A stretch of DNA of 64,000 bases from positions 167,395-231,394 of the forward strand of contig JAAOMT010000175.1 of assembly GCA_016748015.1 (NCBI GenBank). The letters are read 5' to 3'. A program made the translations under genes and the position numbers. The notes under the pieces are model-generated. The model made no database searches. It was not told where the DNA came from and was given only the letters and a program-made list of their open reading frames with translations. This DNA comes from Geosiphon pyriformis uo1. Its lineage: Eukaryota > Fungi > Glomeromycota. The stretch's first letter is position 1. Each line of letters opens with the position of its first letter. Positions 53,401 through 64,000 of the stretch are shown one piece after another.

Positions 53401-53970
53401 TTAATTTTTCTTGAACATATTGTTAGCAAAGATGGAGTCAAACCAAACTCTAGAACAATCAGTGCTGTCAAAAACTTTCAAACCCCCAAAAATACCACAG
53501 AACTATGAAGATTTGTAAGATTAGCCTCCTATTATCAGAAATTTATAAAAGGATTCTCAGAAATTGCCAAACCATTTAATTATCTTACCAACAAAAACGT
53601 GTCATACCAATGAACTGAAGAACAACAAAAAGCTTTTGAAAACCTCAAGACAAAATTAACAACAGCCCCAGTTCTTGCTTATCCAGATTTCAACAAATGA
53701 TTTCAATTAGCCACTGATGCTTTACACACAGCATTTGATGCCATCCTATCACAATTGAATGAAAATGGCCAGGAACAAGTTATTGCCTATGCCAGTAGAA
53801 TACTTAAACCAACAGAACTCAAATATGGCTCAACTGAACTAGAAACTACTGCAGCCATTTGGGCTCTCAAACACTTTCAACAATACCTAAAAAATGAGAA
53901 AAGAATTTGATATCATAACTGACAATATTGGCCTCAAATGGCTTAATAAAAAGAAAACTGAACAAAGTGT
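47446..53970 (+). mobile_element. Family-B Ty3/Gypsy element (E4), 5' LTR through RNase H, truncated by E5
   Basis: LTR 47446-48426; PBS tggtgctctc at 48429; gag from GTG 48472 and ATG 49189; CYYCGISGH knuckle; LILDNG protease; Cys-rich region; dUTPase (DAGYDL, GVIDAGYTG, QGFGS, ~51850-52245); RT YLDD. Confidence 0.95.
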
Positions 53971-54978
53971 TGTTACCAGAGGTTTTTGGTCTCTTCTTAG
54001 CTCTTATATGTTTGTTATAATGCTGTTAATTCAAGACTATGGAAAGTGTTTGAACCTCTAATAACTGAATTTATCCTTTTGAATTATCTTCTATAATTCA
54101 AATTGCTGGGCTTATAGTAGAATGGCCAATTCTATGCCAGTTACTTGTATAGTTACTTTGTAGTAAACATCAACTCTTTTTCAGGAAATGCTTGTCTGGA
54201 AGCTCACTAAATTGGTGTAGTTACTTTGCTGTAAAAGTCAACTCTTCTACAAAAGTCTCGTCTGTAGGCTACTCTTAATAATTATAATAAAAAAAAGAAA
54301 AAGAAAAGAAGGAAAATGTAAAAGAAAAAGAAAAAAAGGAAAATGTAAAAGAAAATAAACAATGATTTATGAAAGTTGTTTTGGATCCAGGCCTAGAAGT
54401 GTTTTAACAGTTTACTGAAATTGGTAGCTAGTCAATTTCAAACTGTTAGTAGGAATTGGTTAATTTCAAGAGAAATAATTAGGAATTTAGTTTTTTGAAT
54501 TATCTGATATTTATTTATTTTTGTGTGTATAGGAACAGTTCTAAAAGATAATCTAAATTAAAATACATTTTCTTAAAAAGAGAAGCTCTTCTTTTATACA
54601 ACTTGTCATAACACTATTCTATGAACTTGAACTTTGCTCTTTTCTATAATTTTGCTAAACTAAAGATACATTTCGGCAAGCTACAAGTTATTTCTGTGAA
54701 CTATTAGATATTTTGGTGAACTATCAATTATTTCGATGAATTTCTGCAAATTTTGGCAAACTTTTAAATGTTACATATTTTGGAGTATTATATGATTGAT
54801 CATCACAATTAGGTTACATTTGTGTTATATACAAATTGGGTTATTAATTAAATAATAATTTCGGATATTTTGCTAAATGTAATAAGTGATAATTAAAATG
54901 ATAATATATGCTAATTAATGATAGGAATTATAAGGATAATTTTATGCTAAATAATATCTCTAATTTCGTCTGGTAACA

Positions 54979-55666
54979 TAATCTTCTCCTCAAGACTGAG
55001 CTTTATCGAAGTCCAAGTACTGTCTGTAATTTCCAGATAGTAGTTCAAGATTATTGAAAAAATTTGGTCTGAAAATTGTTGAAATTTCAGTTCTGTGAGC
55101 TTTCCAATGTATTAGATCTTCAGAGGTTGTAAAATTGGGTTTTGTAGGACGTTTTTACAAGTGTGAAATAGGTCATAAAGTCTAAGGGCAGCTCTGAGCT
55201 TGTAGCAACTGTTTGCTAGTCCAGCTGTTGTCTTGAATTCATTGTGGAGTTGTTTCTGAATAGCTTTTTTTGTGAGGTTTGCTGTTGTAAGTTCCAGTTT
55301 TCATTCGTAGAGTGTTTTTCCAATGTGAAAATATCTATAGATTGGAGGGTATTCAGTGTTTTCCTCATTGAGACACAGTTAAAGTCTTTGTTGAATTGTA
55401 GTATTTGGTGGAATACTAATTGGAATAAGCATTAAGTTTTCTCTTAAAGCAAGCTTTAAAAGTTTTGGCAGGTGAATTCCAGAATAACTTCTTGTGTTCT
55501 TCTTATAAGGGTGATATTTTCGTGAATTTGGGGTTAAATTTGTAACTACTTCTGTTTGGGTATAATTAATGTGGTTTCCAGTAACAGTAATAGATAATTC
55601 GGGTATTGTTTTTAAAGCTAATATTAGTTTTTGAGATAATTTTTGAATGTTTTGAGGAATAGTCAT
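54979..55666 (-). pseudogene. Extra ORF3 of E5 (~230 codons, running into the PPT/LTR)
   Basis: MTIPQNIQKLSQKL...YRYFHIGKTL...AALRLYDLF...YIGKLTELKFQQF, with three internal stops. Confidence 0.75.
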
Positions 55667-55829
55667 TATAAGAGAATTGAATTAAAAAAAAAATAAATTG
55701 AAATTATTTTTGGTGTGTGGGTTTTTATGTTTATTTTTGATTTTGTTTTCAGTGTTTTTGTTATGTTTTTGTGGAATTGTTTCTAAATTATAAGGGAATA
55801 ACTATAGTAATATATATTATTTAGGTGTT

Positions 55830-58800
55830 CAAGTTGGGAGGTTGTTAATGACAACTATTGGTTATAAATTTTAGGGAATATCTTTGGAATTAATTAAAGG
55901 GGAATGTGTACCAATTTGTGAAATTAATGATTCAGAATTGTTTCTGGAATGATAGTGTTTCAAACAATCTCTATGTGCAACTTTTGCTAGGATTTTGTCA
56001 TCAAGTCTTAACTTGTATAATCCATTGCTTAGGATTTCATGAATAAAAAATGGTCCATCCCATTTATTTTCAAATTTTCCACTTCATTGTTTTTCAGCCT
56101 TAGTTCTATATAAGAGAACTTTGTTTCCAACTTTAAATTTGTTGGTGACTGGTGGCAATTTGTTGTCATGCTGTTCTTTTTGTTGAGCTTGGGAGTGTTT
56201 AATATGGGTTGCTACTATTCGTCGTTTTCCTTCCAATATGCTAAGCAGAGTGTAGGCTCTTCACTATAGTGTTTCCTGAAAGTTGTCTTCATTAATTGGT
56301 TGTACTGAGTATGTTTCCACTGTAAAACTAATTGGTAACGTTGCTGTCTTTCCATAGATTAAATCAAATGGTGTGTGTTTTGTGGTATCTTGTTTTAGTG
56401 TTCTATATGCTAGTAACACTGATGGAATAAAGATATCTCATTCTTGTTCAAAATCAGTTGAGACTTTGGCTAATGATTCACACAATGTTCTGTTGAAACA
56501 TTCTACAAGTTCATTTGTTTGTGGATGGTAGGGTGAAGATAATGATCTTTTAACATTAAATTGTTCACAAATTTCTTGTATCAAGTTGTTCACAAAATGT
56601 GTTCCTTGGTTAGATAAAAGTTCAATTGGGCATCCATGTCTACAAATAATGTCTTCATAGATGAAATTTGCTACTGATTTTGCATCTGCTCATTAAATGG
56701 CTCTGGCTTCGGGCCATTTGGTGAGATAGTCTACAGCTACTGCAATATAATGGTTTTCTTGGTTGGTGATAGGTAGCAGTCCGACTAAATTGATACCAAC
56801 TCAGTCAAAAAGCTGTCCAACTTTGATTGGGTTTAAAGATTCTGTAGGGCAAGTTTCTCCTTTTCTTTGACAGCTATTACAAGATTCAACATATTTGTGG
56901 ATGTCTCTTCTCATTCGGGGCCAAAAGTAGTGTTTCAATGTTCTTTGGGTGGTGTTATCTTTTCCTAAATGTGCTGATGAAGAGTCTGAATGCATGTTGT
57001 ATAAGATAGTTTCCTTTTCATTTTCCTGTATTAATCTGAGTGGTTTGTCTGGATTTTTGAAGTTTCGATAATAAATGATATTGTTGTGTAGAAAATATTG
57101 TTTGGCTTGTTGTTGTAATTAGTGTTTTTCATCTAAAGACCAATTTGTTGGAATTGTTAATGTCTCCAAATATTGTTTAAGTTTGTTGTAGTTTTCAGGA
57201 TTCATTGTTTGTGGGCTGTTTTTGTTGGTTGGGTTGAACATTGGCTTGTGTTTTTCTAATTTTGCCTCATTTTTGAGAGACAGTCAACATTGGTGTGGAG
57301 TTTTTCTGGTTTGTGGTGCATTATATATTGATAGTTGGCTAAGAATCCTATCCATCAGATTTGTTTTGCATTGAGTTGGGTGTTTTTGTTTTGTAATCAT
57401 TTGAGTCCAATATTATCAGTGATAATATTGAATTCTTTAGATCTGAGATAAAAGTTGAAGTGGTGTAGGGCCCAAATTATGGCTGCTGTTTCTAGTTCTG
57501 TGGCAGGGTAGTTTTTCTCAGTTGGTTTTAATATTCTGCTAGCATAAGCAATTACTCGCTTATTTCCATTGTCATCTAGTTGTGATAAGATGGCACCAAA
57601 AGCAGTATATAAGACATCTGTAGCTAGTTGGAATCAGTTGCTAAAATCAAGATAGGTGAGAATTGGAGCTGTTATAAGCTTTTTCTTGAGAATTTTGAAG
57701 GCTTTTTGGTGTTTAGTAGTCCATTTGTATTCAACGTTTTTGGTAGTGAGCTGGTTGAAAGGTTTTGCAATTTCCAAGAATCCTTTAATGAATTTCCAAT
57801 AATAAGAGACTAATCCAATGAATCCTCTCAGTTCAATGGTGTTTCAGGGAGTTTTGAAGTTTTTAACAGTGTTAATTTTTTCTGGATTAGGTTTGATTCT
57901 GTCCTGGCTAACAATATGACCAAGAAAGGCCAAACTTGTTTTTCCAAAATAGCATTTCTTAATGTTCAGTTTCAATCTTGCTTTCCGTAATCATTGAAAA
58001 ACTTCTTGCAGGTGCTTTAAGTGTAATTCAAAAGATGAGGAATAAACATTGGTATCATCAAGATAAATAACTACTGATTTCCAAAGGAGTATTTTGTACA
58101 CAACATCCATAAGCCTTTGGAATGTTGCTGGTACATTGCATAATCTGAAAGGCATTACGTTGAACTTGTAATTTCCTTCTTGTGTAGTGAAAGCAGTTTT
58201 GGAGCGATTTTTGGGATCCATGACAACTTGCCAGTATCTGCTTTTCAAATCTAGAGTTGAAAAGTATTTGGACTTTTCAAGGGCATTTAACATGTCATCA
58301 ATTCGGGAAAGAGAGTAGGCATCTCCAATGGTGACACTGATGAGTTGTCAGTAATCAGTATCTTTCCATTTTTCTTTTTAACTAGAACTACAGGTAAGGC
58401 CCATGGACTTATTGACAGTTAAATAAGCCCATTGTTAAGCATCCGTTGTACTTCTTCTTGGATAAATTGGTGACTTTCTAGAGCAACTCAATAGGCTTGT
58501 TGTCACCTTGGTTTGGCATCTCCTGTATAGATTTGATGTTGAACCAAATCAGTTCTTTCTAAGTTATTGTTGTTTTCAGCAAAGATATTAGCATATTCTG
58601 CAATTAGCTCTTTGAGCTGGTTCTGTTGTTGTGATTCAAGTTGTCCCATGTTGATTCGGGATAGTTTTTCTATAACAACATGGTAGTTTTTGGAGCTAGA
58701 GTTTGGGTTGATTTTTGGTAGTGAATGTCCAATAATTTCAGAAAAATTGGGGACTGTTTGGGGTAATTCTTGTTGAAAGATATTACTGTAAATAACTCCA

Positions 58801-61800
58801 ATTTTTAAGTTATTTAATAAAACTATGGGGTAATTATTGGGATTGTAAAAAGTAACTCAGACTTTCTTTGTTCCTTCTGGAATGTAAATGTTCAGGATTG
58901 AGATATTATGTTCCAAACAGATTCGTTTATTGGACTCAAAAATTTGTTGTGTGGTTGTTGGCTTTAGGCAGGTATAGATTTCAGGATGTTCTCTGAAAGG
59001 TGAAATAGTGATTGGTTGGGGAAGGCATAAAATCTGGTAAGACTCATTCTGTTCATTAAGAACTATGTTTACTGGAACTGTAAATTGTCCAGTTGAACCA
59101 AAACTTTGTGTTCTTTTTTCACTTTTTCCCAATTGTTCTCTTTGACTGACTAACTGTAAGCCCAAAACATTGATTAAGGGTAAATAGATAGCTTGAGCAA
59201 TTTTCTCAGCATATTCAATTTTGAAAGGCTTATCAGTTTTGTTTTGTAACATTATTGTAATGTCTCCTGTATATCCAGCATCTATGATTCCTTCTCTAAT
59301 GTTAATTCCTTTGCTTGCCAAGGATGATTGGAAAGTGATTTGGACCATTGCTCCTGGTGGAATTTCGAGAGCAATTTTGAGGTTGATCTTGATAAGAAAA
59401 TTTGGTGGAAAAACCAAAGTGTCTTTTCCTGGATATTGTAGATTGTATCCAGCATCAATTTCATGTGCTTTTTCAGGCTTTATTCCTTGTCCATTGTTGT
59501 TGAAGTACTTGAGCTGCAAAGCAGGCTGACTTTCGATAAGATAGACAGGTGTCATTTCAATTTCTTCTGTTGCTTTAGGTTTACCAAATTTGATTTCATA
59601 TTCATAACTTTCGCTAGGTAACAGAATGCTAAGAGCATAGCATTCAGGACACCATTGTTCATCACAAGGCATTATGCATTCCTCACATAATTTAATGTTC
59701 ATTTGTTCTAGCCATTGAGCTTGAGTTTCTTTGGTCGGGTAGGTGTGACTTGCAATTTGATGGTATACTTTTACTTTATCTTCATAATCAAATCCAGCTA
59801 ATTCCAAGGTATATTCAATATATTTAGCTTTTTTCATTTGAAAGACATCTTTTTTGGTTCTTCTGTTAATTAAAACCATGGCAAGTTTGTAAATCATTTC
59901 AGTATCATGGGGGTAGTAATAGAGTTTGTTAAGGGCACTATTGTATGCAGCATTGAAAGGTGTTCCAAGTTTTACTTTTTCTGCAATAAAAAGAGCATAT
60001 TGACAAGTTTGATCACAGACTTCTCCTCTAAATACAACATCAATCCAGTTATATTCATTGAGAAGCTGCTTTCCATAAGTAAGATAGGGTGTTCTATCCT
60101 ATTTCCCACTTCTTTTAATCAAATGACTCCATCATTCTCAATGACAGGCATTGCAATAATAGCAAGTGTGACTTTCATATTCTTCCTCAGGTAAAAATAC
60201 AAGCTCCCATTGATGATAGTTTCTTGTAACAGTCCTTACATTTAAGGAGAATGTAGGGGTGTTGTTTCCTTGGTTCAGGCTTTGAGTAAGAGATATTCTA
60301 TCCAGGGGTTTTGGGTTCAGAGTGTGGTGTAAAATGTTCTTGTTCAGTTTCATCAGCCCAATTGGATGTTGATTCAAGAGCCATGAATGTTTCGATTATT
60401 GGTTTTTCTTCTTCTGGTTCGAATTCAAAAGCCAGGGCTTTTTCGGAGTGCTTGTTAAATGTACTACAAGTGACAGGTACTCAGGCATGTTGTTCTTGGT
60501 AAGAAATTTGTAGTTCTTGGATTTACCAGTCTAATTTTGCATTGGCTTTTTGAAGCCAGTCATTTCCGACAAGGGCTTTATACTGAGGAGCATCCATTAT
60601 AAGAACTTTAACTGGAATGGTAATTCCATCAAGAGTGAATGGAAAATTGTCAATTTCTCCAACTGGAGTCTTTTTCATGCCATTAGTAGTAACAATTACT
60701 GTTTGAGCTGGTCGGTCAACATTTCTCTTTAACTGTTGCATTAACTGGTAAGTAATAATACTCCCAGCAGATCCACTATTTAGGATTAATCAAATTGGCT
60801 TTCCTTCTACTTCAGCTTCTATGTACATTGCAGTAATGGCTTTTTGCTCGTTAGCTACTGCATTGCTAAGCAAGAATGGTGATTCATTTGCTTCAAATTT
60901 GAAAGAGAAAATATCAGAGATTGGCATTTTCAGTGATTCTGGTTGGTGGGATAGTGGTGTTGTTTTTAAAAGGGTTTTGTTGTTGTGCTGTAGCTTTACC
61001 TTCTGAGAGTGCAGTATGGTAAAAATCCTGTTCTTCCAGTATTGTTAAATAACTGGGTTGAGTGTGGTAGTGATTAGGTCTTGTCTGGGCTGGATTTCGG
61101 AGAACCAATTGGTTATTTGGGTTGATTCTGTTGTTGTTTGTTGTAAATTGGTTTTGTGGTGCAAATTGGTTTTGTTGAACTAATCGTCAAGCAGGTACTT
61201 GGTAATGTTGAATGGGGGGTTGTTGGTATTGCTGTTGGATTGGCTGTGGGGCAGGCTGATAATAGTTATTTTGGTATTGGGGTCTTAGTGGATAGTAAAT
61301 TAGTAGTGGTGGTTGATAATAAGATTGCTGTAGTGGAGGATAATGTTGATTACTCCTATTTTGTTGGTCTCATTGTAGCTTTCTGCAATCTCTTTTCCAG
61401 TGGCCAGGAATTCCACAGTAATGGCAATTCTGAGGCTGGTTATTAGAAGATGATGTGAAGTTGTTTTGATTTTATCTTTGGGGTAGTTGATATCTTTGAA
61501 GTTGCTGTTGTTGTTGGTTGGTGAAATAGTTTTTGACTTTCTTTGTGAGTTGGTCAATTTTCTCCTCAGCTGCTGAGCTGGTTTCTCCAATGGCTAAGTT
61601 TACAAGTTTTGTATGATTGGCTTCTTTCATGGTTATTTCATATCTTTTTGCATGCTGAATGGCAGAGTTTAAATCTTCTGGTGCATGTGGGCAAACCTTT
61701 TTAATCAGTTTATCCTTTAAACCAGTGATAAATTGATCCAAGATTTGAGCATTGGATTAATAATTATTAGTTTCAAGTTGGCAAATTCGTCTGAGAAGTT

Positions 61801-62863
61801 TGTTGAATTTCCCAATATAAGTCATAACAGATTCGGAAAGTTCTTGTTTGATATTGTGAAAATGATTTCGAAGTGTGATTGAGGTGTTGTTATTGGTGAA
61901 TTGTTCTAAGAAGGCAGTTTTAAAAGCTGTCCAGTCATTAAAAGAAGTGGTCAAGTTTTCGAACCATTCGTCTGCTGTTCCTTTGAAAAAGTAGGGAATT
62001 GTTTTTAACATTCTGGCAGCATTCCATCTATTTGCATCTCCAGCTTTAGTAACTTGGTCGAGCCATTCTTGGGAACTGGTCTCAATGTCTTTTCCATTAA
62101 ATTCAGAGATTTTTGCAATATATGCTGTCATTTCGTCTTTTTCGTTTTTACTGTCTATTGATTCTTTTTTAGATATTTCAGAGTTGTTTTCTTTGTTCGC
62201 TACTGTCTCAGAGTGTTCACTTTGATTTTCAGCTAGAAAGTCAAGGAGATTGGAACTAGTTTGAAGGGGTTCTTGTTGTTTGGTGGGACTTCTGAGTGAT
62301 GAAAAATCTTCTGGTCTTGCAAATCAATTTAAGAGTGAATTAGGTGTTTGTGCTTGTGCAAGTAAAGCTGGAAAAGGTGTAATAGTAAGTAAAAGTTTTG
62401 AACTGGTTCCTTGTTCAGGTGTTTGTAAGTGTTTGGCAGTTGTTTGTGATAGTATTGGAGTATTTGGTGTGGTTTTTGAGTATTGCTTCAATTTTTGTTT
62501 GCCTTTGTTGCTTGTTTCTGTTTCTGCTTCAAAATCAATAGAGTATTGAGATTATACTGGATATGTTTTTTCACAGTACTGGATAATGTTAAAATTAAGT
62601 TCTTGAAAGTAGATAGCAAGTGTTTCACTGTTCAGGTCTTCTGTTTCCAATCGTAAATAATGCACTAAATTATTGTAAAGGTTGTTTCTGACTTCTGAAA
62701 TGTTGTAGTTTCCAAAAAAATAATTGTTGATGCAGTTCTTAATGTATTGGTATACTGATTTCTTGACAATTTCAATTCTGTCTGGAATGTTAAATCTTTG
62801 CTTGCAGTGGGTGTAAATTGACTGGTAATACTCTAGAGTTGTTGTGTCTGGTGTGGTTGCTAC
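55830..62863 (-). pseudogene. gag-pol pseudogene of E5, including the AUG-free N-terminal extension (62863-62132) and dUTPase
   Basis: ORF fragments 61757-62131 (capsid), 60523-60741 (protease), 58857-59897 (Cys-rich and dUTPase), 57991-58293 (RT YLDD) and 56801-56995 (integrase HHCC). Confidence 0.92.
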
Positions 62864-63886
62864 TTTGAATTTGTTGTTATTGTGTTATTTTCATGGGAGA
62901 GCACCAAATATTACCAGAGGTTTTTGGTCTTTTCTTAGCTCTCGTATGTTTGTTGTAATGCTGTTAATTCACGACTATGAGAAGTGTTTGAACCTCTGAT
63001 AACTGAATTTTATCTTCAAATTATTTCCTATAATTTGAACTGCTGGGCTTATAGTGGAATAACCAATTCTGTGCCAGTTGCTTTGTATAGTTATGTTGTA
63101 GTAAATGTCAACTCTTTTCCAGGAAATGCTTATCTGGAAGCTCACTAAAAATGTGTAGTTACTTTGCTGTGAAAGTCAACTCTTTTACAGGAATCTCGTC
63201 TATAGGCTACCCTAATGATTGTAATAAGAAAAGAAAAGAAAATAAAAGAAATGTAAAAGAAATAGGATTTTATCAAGGGAAACGTTTTCTATTCAGGCCT
63301 GGAGTGACTAACAGTTTACTGAAATTGGTAGCTAATCAATTTCAAAATGTTAGTTGGATTTTGAAAATTTTCCAAGTGCAAATAATTAAAGAATTTGGTT
63401 TTTCGAATTATTTGATATTTATTTCTTTTTGTGTATATAGGAATGGTTCTAAGTAATAAATCTAAAGTAAGATATATTTTCTCAAAGAGAGAAGCTCTTC
63501 TTTTATACAACTTGTCATAACACTATTCTATGAACTTGAACTTTGCTCTTTTCTACAATTTTACTAAACTAAAGATACATTTTGGCAAACTACACTTATT
63601 TCTGCGAACTATTAGATATTTCGGTGAACTATCAATTATTTTGGCAAATTTCTACAAATTTTGGCAAACTTTTGAATGTTACATATTTCGGGGTATTGCA
63701 TAATTGATCATCACAATTAGGTTACATCTGTGTTATGTACAAATTGAGTTATTAATTAAATAATAATTTCAGACATTTTGCTAATGTAATAAGTGATAAT
63801 TTGAAATGATAATATATGCTAATTAATGATAGGAATTATAAAAATAATTTCATGCTAAATAATATTTCTAATTTTGTCTAATAACA

Positions 63887-64000
63887 ATTACCAATTGAGA
63901 TAAAAGTCAACACTTATCCAACAAAACCAATAACTGAAAATAATTCTCAGGAAACGTTGCTAAGAAAAACATATAACTTGATGGAAACTTTAGATGACAA
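63887..64000 (+). mobile_element. Family-A integrase fragment (continues beyond the window)
   Basis: LPIEIKVNTYPTKPITENNSQETLLRKTYNLMETL matches the E2 and E3 integrase C-terminal region (compare 45582-45695). Confidence 0.85.

Larger units (their letters stand above)
53971..63886 (-). mobile_element. Full-length but apparently chimeric family-B Ty3/Gypsy element (E5)
   Basis: LTRs 62909-63886 and 53971-54978; PBS ~62892-62906; PPT 54979-54990; order gag-PR-Cys-rich-dUTPase (~59090-59490)-RT-RH-IN-ORF3. No matching TSD (gtgt vs atta). Confidence 0.93.

Overview
AT-rich fungal genomic DNA, about 85% transposable elements. The TE protein style and intron structure resemble Glomeromycotina, possibly Geosiphon; this is an inference from recall, not a database result. 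A CpG-rich gene island of about 10 kb (~24.8-34.5 kb) holds two intact minus-strand genes: a 6-exon Psr1/CTDSP-family HAD phosphatase and a 2-exon GRF-zinc-finger/coiled-coil/RING protein. Both flanks are nests of decayed Ty3/Gypsy LTR elements from three families (A, B, C) and of LINE-like elements. These repeats show almost purely C>T/G>A decay, which looks RIP-like. Families A and B share an unusual architecture: (i) an AUG-depleted 240-330 codon extension in frame with gag that starts at a conserved AAAGUGG, suggesting non-AUG initiation and leaky scanning; (ii) a Cys-rich Zn-binding insert plus a dUTPase between protease and RT; (iii) a U5 hairpin that pairs with the PBS. All three families carry a conserved ~210-230 aa extra ORF in the env position. 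The window also contains an ORF1-only (HAL1-like) non-autonomous LINE and a chimeric LTR element.
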